DNA of 64,000 nucleotides, taken from assembly GCA_900545265.1 (NCBI GenBank), contig UQYI01000001.1, positions 4,145-68,144 on the forward strand. The letters are read 5' to 3'. Positions 8,768 through 17,800 of this stretch are shown piece after piece (the stretch's first letter is position 1; each line of letters starts with the position of its first letter). Source of the DNA: an uncultured Eubacteriales bacterium (GTDB lineage: Bacteria > Bacillota > Clostridia > Christensenellales > CAG-138). Under the pieces are notes generated by a model, which was not told the DNA's origin, searched no databases, and saw nothing but the letters and a program-made list of their open reading frames with translations. A program made the translations under genes and the position numbers.

Positions 8768-10018
8768 TTAAAACATACGGAACGCCATAGTATTCCACCA
8801 TCTGCCGCCTCCGCCCATGGATAACCCATATCCCGGAGAATATCCGGTTGCATAGCCCGGCACGGCTGCGCCTTGCTTCTCTGGGGGGATGATCCCTATC
8901 GGAGGAATGATCGGTATGCTCCTCGGCGCCTTTACTTCGGAAGGACTATCCTCCCGCGCTTGTTCTCGCGCAGGTTCTTGTTCGGCTTGCCAAAAGGCAT
9001 ACTCTATTACTCCTGGGATTGTACTCCAGTATTCTACATTAAAAACACTATTATCCTCTGTTTTCATAACGGTTTGCCCTTGGAACTGTGTTGTTGACGG
9101 ATGCAATGGCGCCTTTACATCGATCTTTGAACTCACGACTGTCGCCCCTGTATATCGACTCAACTGCATGAGCGCCAAAGCTCTGGGTATCATCGGAAAA
9201 TTATCATTATGATGCTTTACTTCCCAAATTTCTCCTGTTTCCAGATTAAGAAGATCTACTCTTCCACGCCTTCCATTTGAGCAAGTCACCACTTTTTCCA
9301 TCACTATATTTAAATCTGTCTCCGCAATACTCACTTGTACAGCGTTATGGGCGTCCCTGTAAACTGCTATACGCTTCTTCCAGGGCCAGAAAAGCCAGCC
9401 TTTTGGATAACTCGTCTCGGCTTCATGTCCCGTCGGGTCGACCATGTTGACGGGGTTGTTGTTGCAGTAGGCGTAGAGGTGCTGCGTCCAGGGGACGGAG
9501 GCAGAGCCGGTGTAGCTGTCCTGCGAGAGGAAGCGGGCGGTGGCGGGGTTGTAGTAGCGTGCGTTCATGTACAGAAGGCCGGAGGCGTCCGCTACGCTCC
9601 CCGTGAACGTCACCTCGTTGAAGAACGTGTCCCCCGTGCTGGTCGTCACGCCGAACTCGTCGTAGTCGTAGCTCTTGACGATGGAACCCTCGCCGTCCAC
9701 GATGTTTGTCACGCTGCCACGGATATCGTACCGGTAGAAGAAGTAGTCGTCCGCGTACGGGTCCTGCCCGGTGGCTGCCTGCCCCTCAAACCGCTTGCTC
9801 GCCACGATCGTGCCCGACGGGTCGAGGATGTTCTGCGTCTGCAGCACGTACTCGTTCACCGTCGTGAACAGCAGGGCGCTGCCCGAGTAGTAGAAGTGCG
9901 TAACGACCTCGTCCTGCACGCGCGTCACGCGCTGCCCTGCGCAATACGTCCTTGCGCCGGTCGGCAGACAGATGCGCCTGCCGACCGGCACAGGGATTCC
10001 ATTCAAGTTGTTCGTCAT
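8768..10018 (-). CDS. Orphan RHS C-terminal cassette: core remnant plus PD-(D/E)xK-like toxin tip
   Basis: 416-aa ORF with its own ATG. The first ~195 aa are near-identical to the last core segment of RHS-2 (THFYY.GSALLFTTVNEYVLQTQNILDP...ARYYNPATARFLSQD...YAYCNNNPVNMVDPTGH). An unrelated 218-aa tail follows (8771-9424), containing GRVDLLNLETGEIWEVK (D-x10-E-x-K). Confidence 0.8.
   Translation of the reverse strand: MTNNLNGIPVPVGRRICLPTGARTYCAGQRVTRVQDEVVTHFYYSGSALLFTTVNEYVLQTQNILDPSGTIVASKRFEGQAATGQDPYADDYFFYRYDIRGSVTNIVDGEGSIVKSYDYDEFGVTTSTGDTFFNEVTFTGSVADASGLLYMNARYYNPATARFLSQDSYTGSASVPWTQHLYAYCNNNPVNMVDPTGHEAETSYPKGWLFWPWKKRIAVYRDAHNAVQVSIAETDLNIVMEKVVTCSNGRRGRVDLLNLETGEIWEVKHHNDNFPMIPRALALMQLSRYTGATVVSSKIDVKAPLHPSTTQFQGQTVMKTEDNSVFNVEYWSTIPGVIEYAFWQAEQEPAREQAREDSPSEVKAPRSIPIIPPIGIIPPEKQGAAVPGYATGYSPGYGLSMGGGGRWWNTMAFRMF
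9429..9942 (-). repeat. Direct repeat, copy 1 (RHS core 3' segment, orphan)
   Basis: Hand alignment to 12491-13005 gives about 40 differences in ~515 nt, with a ~120-nt block showing no differences. The repeat ends exactly at the codons for VDPTGH. Confidence 0.85.
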
Positions 10019-10020
10019 GC

Positions 10021-10135
10021 AGTTGTCAAGGTGCCGTCAGTCAGAAACGTCGTGTTGTCCGCGCCTTCTCAATCTCTCCGCAGGCGTGGTACGCATACGA
10101 GCAGATCGGCTTCTTGCTTGCCGTGAGCCGGTTCC
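10021..10135 (-). pseudogene. Degraded RHS-body fragment upstream of the orphan cassette
   Basis: DNA similar to RHS-2 13521-13635. Translation ASKKPICSYAYHACGEIEKARTTRRF-stop-LTAP-stop compares with SNKKLIRSYAYNAYGDIETVTDNTSFLTGGTLTT in RHS-2, and it contains in-frame stops. Confidence 0.6.
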
Positions 10136-10144
10136 GTATCTTGC

Positions 10145-10875
10145 CTATGGCATATACAGTTCGGCGTATCCAAGCAGCTCCTCGTCATTGAAAAGCAAAT
10201 TGGCCCCTGGCAAAAAGCCGACATACTCCTGTTCCAGTAGGAGAAAAAAGCAGTCTCGCGTAGCGACCGTTTCCCCCAGTCCCACCAGACGATCAACAGC
10301 GCGCTTTCCGCAACCCGTAACGAGAGCACCTCTTCGCTGATGGACTCTTTCGGAATGTAAGGAACGCCATCGTCCATTGCAAATTCCCCTATTGCAATGT
10401 TGACGATATGGCTCTCGGCGTCAAAAGACCGCACAATCCCCGGCGCCTCTGTCAGCGCGCGATTTCCTGCCGCCAAGTCCGCTTTGCAAGCGTCCTACGG
10501 AATGCTCATCGGATGCAGCTTCGCCTGCGAAGACTGCAAATCCATCTGATAGCGGCAGCCATAGGCAAAGCCGGAATCTCGATACGATAGCTCGCCCAGG
10601 CAATACTTCTGTGTATCATCCTGCAGGTAAACCAGCTCATGCCCCTCCGTTGCAGACTCCTCAAGCGTAATCGAGCACGCAGTCGGATCGTTCGACCACT
10701 TGTCACCCAGATCATAGCAAAGTCCAAATCCATCCAGCCAGAAAACGATGTCGCACCCGTACCTTTCTCCTGCTGTGATCTGAATGTCTGCAGGATTCGG
10801 CTTTCCCTGCCGCGGCGCGCAGGAGAGGGACAAAGCGGCACAGCAGCAGACGAGCGCCAAAAGAAGCTTTTTCAT
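10145..10875 (-). pseudogene. Decayed paralogue of the 10994-11794 lipoprotein (N-terminal 126-aa ORF still intact)
   Basis: ORF 10495..10875 has lipoprotein signal MKKLLLALVCCCAALSLSC and shares the motif G.DI..W.(D/G)(G)FG.CYDL with the upstream lipoprotein. It ends at TAG 10495-10497, and the same frame stays open afterwards. After a frameshift near 10300 the reading ...AVDRLVGLGETVATRDCFFLLLEQEYVGF...LYMP-stop resembles ...RDILLGLMERGYFET of the intact paralogue. Confidence 0.5.
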
Positions 10876-10993
10876 GGAATACCCTCATTTTTGTTGTCGT
10901 TGCGATCGTTGTAACGGGCAAATTCCGCATGCGCGGCGCATGGAGCGGCATGTTCGTCTTCCAACGCGTAGCGGCAGCACCCGGCGCCGTCGT

Positions 10994-11794
10994 TTAAGGG
11001 TTGCAGATCTCCACCACCAGCCTGATCTGATCCCCTTCTATAACAAGCCAACACGGCGTTTCAAAATATCCCCGTTCCATCAGGCCCAGTAAAATATCCC
11101 GTTTGACCAGCATATTGGCAATGTTTTCATCAAAACAGCTTATGACGCCTAGCGCCTGCTCCTGCAACGCGCACTGCATCTGCTCTTTCTGTACGTCTTT
11201 TTCAATCCAGACCGCATCCGACAATACCATGTCACATTCCGACACATAAATCTGGCCCTCTTGCTCAGAGGCAGAAACCACTCCGCCAATTCTGCGCTCC
11301 CAGTCATCGTACAGCGCTATGGGCGTACAAGGCAAAAGATCGGCTTTTATGTCATAGTAGGTATAAAAATCATAGTAGACGCCATAGCGGTTCGGCTTGC
11401 TGTAAGTCCTCAACAGTCCAATGCGGTATCGCCTGTCCCCGTGACGCAACCAAACCGGATATCCGTAACCTGCCGGTTCCTGATAATCCAGCAGCGGATG
11501 TCCCTGCTCAAGCAATCGGTGTTCATCCTGACAACCATCCAGAAAAACGTCTTCTCCAATTTCTATACTGCATGCCTGCAGGCAAAAAGCCTCTTCATCA
11601 AGATCATAGCAAAATCCAAAATCGCCAATCCAGCAAATGATATCACGCCCTACCTCATCACCGGAACAAACAGATACTACAGGCAACGCACCGTTTGCTG
11701 TTGGCTCGCGATTGTGCTCTCCCAATTCAGTTGAAGAACATGCGACTGTCATTACAATTGTAACAAGAATGAACAGACATACGATTTTCTTCAT
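10994..11794 (-). CDS. Lipoprotein, candidate immunity protein for the NlpC/P60 tip of RHS-2
   Basis: Track ORF 10994..11812. The likelier start is MKKIVCLFILVTIVMTVACSS (lipobox VAC) with AAGAGGA 8 nt upstream. The alternative ATG at 11812 overlaps the RHS-2 stop by 1 nt (TAATG). The gene is immediately 3' of the toxin gene. Confidence 0.75.
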   Translation of the reverse strand: MKKIVCLFILVTIVMTVACSSTELGEHNREPTANGALPVVSVCSGDEVGRDIICWIGDFGFCYDLDEEAFCLQACSIEIGEDVFLDGCQDEHRLLEQGHPLLDYQEPAGYGYPVWLRHGDRRYRIGLLRTYSKPNRYGVYYDFYTYYDIKADLLPCTPIALYDDWERRIGGVVSASEQEGQIYVSECDMVLSDAVWIEKDVQKEQMQCALQEQALGVISCFDENIANMLVKRDILLGLMERGYFETPCWLVIEGDQIRLVVEICNP

Positions 11795-11811
11795 GATTGT
11801 ATCCTCTTTCA

Positions 11812-14800
11812 TTACCCGCTATATCTGGCGTATCCTAAAAATTTTGCATTTTCGTTACCACCGTACATTTGATAATTTTCAACTGGTCTGAATGCTACTC
11901 CACCGCCGGATTCTGTTGCGTCTATCATATACCCATCACCAACATACACCGCAACATGGCAGGGACGACCCTCTTGCTTGGTCCAATAAATCAAATCCCC
12001 CGGAATCAAATCATCGGTAGTAAAGCTGTTTGTTTCGTAAAATTTCCATTTTTCATTGGCAGCTCCAAACTCTCCCGGGTTGTCACGTTTTAAATAATGC
12101 ACCTGTAAACGAGTGGTATTTGGAAAGCTAATATCCCCACTTGAATGAACCGCTGCTGCTACCAGTTCTGAACAATCCATGGTTCCAGGGGTTCGAACAT
12201 ACCTCTGTTGCGTAGCATCATATGGGGAATAAGGTGTTCCCAAATATTGGGCAGCAGTTTCAATCCATTGTAATGCTACAGTAGACGCCCCGGAACTTTT
12301 GGCCACCTGGATTGCTTTTTCACCGTCCGTTACTGCCCCTGCTGTCGGACTGGGAGTTGGGACCACCTGCATTCTTACAGGTGTAGGCTCCGGTTTCTCT
12401 GTAGGTTCCGGCTCGGGAGGTTGGTTACTACATCCTGTAGTAGCTGCCGTCACCAATGCAATCAATATAACGACCAGCCAGGAGGAATGCCCCGTCGGAT
12501 CGACCATGTTGACGGGGTTGTTGTTGCAGTAGGCATACAGGTGCTGCGTCCAGGGGGTAGAGGCGGAGCCGGTGTAGGTATCCTGCGACAGGAAACGGGC
12601 GGTGGCGGGGTTGTAGTAGCGGGCGTTCATGTAGAGCAGGCCGGAGGCATCCGCTACGCTACCGGTGAAAGTAACCTCGTTGAAGAACGTATCGCCCGTG
12701 CTGGTCGTCACGCCGAACTCGTCGTAGTCGTAGCTCTTGACGATGGAACCCTCGCCGTCCACGATGTTTGTCACGCTGCCACGGATATCGTACCGGTAGA
12801 AGAAGTAGTCGTCCGCATACGGGTCTTGCCCGGTAGCCGCCTGCCCCTCGAACCGCTTGCTCGCCACGATTGAACCCGCCGGGTCAAGGATGTTCTGTGT
12901 CTGCAGCACGTACTCGTTCACCGTCGTAAACAGCAGGGCAGAGCCCGTGTAGTAGAAGTGCGTAATGACCTCGTCCTCCACGCGCGTCACGCGCTGCCCC
13001 TGCGCGTTGTACGCATACGTCGCGCTCGTCGACAGCGGGATCACCGCGTTGTTCGAGATGTTTGTAGAGGTCAGCCGGTTCGCCAGATCGTAGCCATAGT
13101 TCGTGGTCGTCGTCACGCCCGTGCCCGTCTGCACCTGCTGCGTCTGGTTCCCCCGCGCGTCATAGGTGTAGGTCGTCACCGCCGTGCCCTGCTGCACCCG
13201 CGTCAGCTGGTTCAGGTAGTTGTAGGTATACGTCTCCGCCGTCTCCGTGCCCTGCTGCCGCGTGAGCCGGTTCCCCACCGCGTCGTACGTATACGTCGTG
13301 GTCGTCCCGTCGTACGCCGCCGAGATCAGGCGGTTGCCCAGGTCATACTGGTACGTCCGCGTCTTCATCGTGCTGCCGCTGTACGCCTCCGTCACCGCTT
13401 CGGTCAGGATGTTCCCGTTCCCGTCGTACGTCAGGTTCGTCTCCTCCCGCACCGTCCGCGTCTCCCCGTCCACGTCCGTATACGTCAGCTTCACCGGCAG
13501 GCCGAAATCGTTGTAGGTATATGCCAGTTCGGTTGTCAAGGTGCCGCCGGTCAGGAACGACGTGTTGTCCGTGACCGTCTCGATATCCCCATAGGCGTTA
13601 TACGCATATGAGCGGATCAGCTTCTTGTTGCTTGTTGGGGAGGTTGTGCTTGCCGAGCCCGCATCCAGATAGATCGCAGAGAGCCGCCCATCAGCATCAT
13701 AAGTATACCACAGGATGTGCAGCTCCGTATTGCCGGGATTGAACGAGCCCTGCGCGCTCTCCTTCGCGTATGAGATCGCCGTGACCTGCCCCGCGCTATT
13801 GTACCGGTAGTTCACTGCCAGCGCCCCGGCCTCCGCCTCCGTCTCCTGCCGCTGCTGCGTCACCCGCCCGTACTGGTCGTACGAATACGCCGTGGTCACG
13901 CTCTGCTGCGTCTCGCCGCTGCCGGTAATCTGCACCGCGCTCTCCAGACGGCTCCCACCATTGCTATAGGCGTAGGAGATGGCGATCTCCGGCGCTTGTG
14001 CCGATGCGGAGGCAAAGTACTGCTCGCTCACGACGTTGCCCACCGCATCGTAGGCATACCGCACGACGCTGCCGTCCTCCCGTGTGACTGACGTTACCTG
14101 CCCGTGCGCATCGTACGTATACGCCGTGGTCATGCTCTTCGTCGCGTCGTCCGGGTCGGTCACCACGTCGCGCAGCTTGCGCCCGCTGTTATCAAACACC
14201 GTGGTGGTTGTTACGCCTTTTGCGCTGGTCACAGCATTCGCCACCCCGCCGGTTACGCTCTGGTCGTAGGCATAGGCCGTCGTGGCCGTTACGCCAGAGG
14301 AGAGCGGCTGGCGCACCTCAGTGAGGCGGGAGAGAGCATCGTAGGTATAGGTGGTGGTGGTACCGCGGCCATCGGTGACGGAGGTGTTGTTACCCAACAT
14401 ATCATAGGCCGCCGAAGTTGTCAAATCAGCCGATGGGACATAACCGGAAAGCCTCTCGCCGTGACTGCCCAGCTTTGTACGGTTTGCTGCGGCAACGGCC
14501 GCTGTCAGCGTTCGATTGCCCAGCGCATCGTACTCTGCACGCACGACTCGATTGCCCGTTGCGCCTCCGAGAGTCTCCACCACGGTCTGGTTGCCCATGT
14601 AATCGTAGCGGTAGACGACCGTCATGCCTCCGCCAGTTTGCTGGACGGCACGGCCGTTTTGATCGTACCATGTGGTGGATGTGCGTTCCTCAGGATCGGT
14701 CACGGTCACGCGGCGCACGCCGTAGCTATCGCTGCCCAGATAGGTGTAACTGGTCGTCAGCGCTCCGTTGCCCGAACCAATGCGGGCGGTGCTCACGCGC

Positions 14801-17800
14801 CCCATACTGTCATAGGTATAGGTGGTGACCACACCCTCCACATCGCGTGCGGTCAACGCAAGACCCGCCACGGAATAGGTGTACGCTTCGTACGCGCCAT
14901 TTGCATATGTTTTCTTCGTGAGCAGGCCGCGCCAGTCGTATTCGTATGCTACGGCATCCTCCATTCCGTCTGTCGCCGCTGTAGCGGTGCGGCCATAATC
15001 GTCATACGTATAGCGCACGACAGAGAAAGGCGTCTGCCCCGCGCCGTTGGCGCTCGATATGGTGGTCACGCGGCCCTTGGCATCGTAAACATACGACACA
15101 TATCCGCCGTTGCGGTCGGTCGTGGCGATCAGATAGCCATAGTCGTTGTAGGCGTTCGTGGTCATTTTGCCGGCAGGATCGACAGCTGTCAGCACCTGCC
15201 CGGCAGCATTATAAGTATAGGTTGTGGTCTGGTAACTGCTGCCGTTTTTGACCTTGACGGTTTTGGGCTGATTATACTGATAGTTCTGGTAGAGCGTTTC
15301 TCCTAAGAGCGTATCCCCCTGCGTGATCGCCATGCGCGTCAGGTCGCGCGTCGTTTCATCGTAGGTGTAGCTCTGCACGATGGGCGTTTCGCTTGCTGCG
15401 CCCTCCACGAGGTTGGTGTAGCTGACCGAAGCAAGCAGCAGATCGTCGGTATAGGTGTAGTTGATCGGATGACCGTCTGCGTCCTCACACCGCGTGATCA
15501 CTCCGGTCGCGGGAACGTAGGTATAGGTGGCAACGGTGTATGCTGCATCATCCCCGATCTTTGTCTTGACGGTGGTGGTAGCTGCGCTGTATGCAAATTC
15601 GGCAGCCTCCTGCCCGCCTGGGTACGCTATGCCAACCAGTCGGCCAGCATTATCATACGTCAGTGTATAGACCCGGTTGTCCGGATTCTTGATCGTGGAG
15701 AGGCCATTCTCCGAATAGGTGAAGATTTCGGTATACCCGCTATTGCCGGAGAGCGCGTGGGTGGCTGAAATGAGCCGGTCCTGTGCATCGTAGGCATAGG
15801 TATAGGTGATACTGGGCTGGTCGCCCTCCGTGCTTGTCCAGGTGAGCGACTCGAGCATATCGATATGCTCGTTGACATACAAGTAATCCACCTCGTTGGG
15901 AAGCACTTCTTCGTAATTTGTGGCTTCCGGTGCTCTGCTTGCCCGCGTGGATGGGCTTGTGCGCTGCACCTTGTAGGTGAGCGTCAGCTTGTCACCAACG
16001 CTGTTTGCCACTTCCACGACATTGCCACGCGCATCATACGTAAGCGTTAACGCTGCACCGGCAAGGTTGGTGAAAGATTTCAAACGCATAGTCTGCGCGT
16101 CGAAATGGTAGGTGATGTTGTCCTTGCGCGTGATCGTGTATTCGGCTGGTGCATCCGCCGTGGCTTCGATATAGGCAAGCACCATCCGTGTACCGGGCGC
16201 GCTTGCATACGTGCCGTCCTCCTGCAGCGCAAAGCGGTGTAACGAACCATCGCCATCCTTGAGGATCAAGCCCACTTCTGTTCCGATCGAATCGTATTCG
16301 CGCATCAGTACAGTATTGAACGAATAATCCCACCCCACGCCGAGCGCCGTCTTGCTTGTCGTCTGGCTGTTGAACGTACGCCGCATGGCCATAGCAAAAA
16401 ATGGATCGGCAACCACGAGATCGCTCGTTTGATATACCACATTGCCGTTGGCAACGTTGACATACCCTGCGCCACTATCCGTGCTGAACTGAGCATAACT
16501 CCAGTAATCCTGCAGTCCCAACTGCTTCTCCAGCTCATCCTCATCCACAACAGTGCCAACCACCTGATTCGTTGGTTCGCTAACACGCCCATTCTTTACA
16601 GCGGCGACAAGATAATAGAATGTCTTGCCATAGTTCAGGTTGAAGTCCGACCAATTGCAATCGGTCAGTCCACTGGCGACAAGTGTACTGTTGGAAAGGG
16701 TGAAATACGGAGTTTCGCTACGGTAGACGCTATATGTCACACCTTCGGTTTCGGATGGAGCCCAGCGCAGCACAGTCAAGTTGTTTGCGCCTGAAAAGGC
16801 GGAAAGATTGTTTGGTGGGTCAATCAGTGAGACCGTCTGCGCTTCACCCGGCATGGCAGCACGTACCTCCAGCGACCAGCTGCTGAGCACAGGTTTTTCA
16901 CCGTCTGCATTCGCCTCGAGCGTGGCACGAAGCACAATTTCCTCTCCTCCGGCTGTGACAGCGTTCCAAGTGCTCTGGTCATCAGCGGCTACGGTAGGAA
17001 CGGCCTGCCAGGTTGTGCCACCATCCGTTGATAGATGATAGGTGATGCCTGCACCATCCGGGATGCTGGCGTCCACGATCAGACGAGTTGCCTCAGCCTC
17101 GCCGGCAAGCAGACGGCGGGTGCTCTGGACGGTACCGGACTCGCTCGCATTTGATAGCGTTAGACCGCCGCTTTCGAGAACCTCCGTGTTGTTCAGTTCG
17201 GTAAATCCACGCGCATCTGTCAAAAATGCAGTCTGAATTAGTTCGCTGGAGCCATAGAAGATATAGCGGGTTTCCGCATAGATTTGGTCGATCGTCGGAG
17301 ATGCTGTGGCGGTGCCCTTTCCCAACGTAGCGCGTATACGTACGCTGCTGCTGGTGTTGCTGCCGTACAGATACAGCCGGTTCGCTTTTGTAACGGTTAC
17401 ACCGCCATCCGTGGAAACCGGCGTAATTGTCTGCCATGTATCGCCATCCACCGAAATCTCATATCCTATCGACGAACCAGATGGTACCGTCTGGTTGACG
17501 ATCAGATCAATATAGGAAATCGTACCGCTTAGCGCAAGTACAGGAGTGATAAGCATGCCGCTTTCGCCCGTCAGTGCTGCAATGCCGTCGGTGACTGCTA
17601 CACCATCAAGCGTGAAGCCGCTGGTTCCATTCGCTGGCAGAAAGAGGTGCTGCTTTTCGTAAGTTGAATGGCTATAGACTGGTTCACCTGCTTCGTCGAA
17701 GGCCATGACATAGAGATAGTGTGTGGAACCTTCAGCAAACCCTGACGGGAGTGTGAAGGACAAGCCGGGCTCGTCCTCTGTCTGAGTATCTCGTACCACA

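Noticed and set aside
8683-8853. Longer start (8853) for the 7231-8853 ORF, overlapping the orphan toxin gene by 86 nt
   Set aside because: The extra residues are Arg/Gly-rich and lack an RBS. The internal ATG at 8682 has a strong RBS and removes the overlap.
10069-10476. 135-aa ORF as an independent gene
   Set aside because: It uses a TTG start without an RBS. It is in frame with, and 6 codons after, the TAG of the lipoprotein ORF, and its 3' end reads an RHS-derived scar out of frame. It is better explained as part of a decayed paralogue plus scar.
12958-15306. Plus-strand ORFs inside RHS-2 (12958-13611, 14104-15306 and others)
   Set aside because: Arg/His/Val-rich antisense readings of YD-repeat DNA. 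The minus-strand frame carries the RHS repeats.
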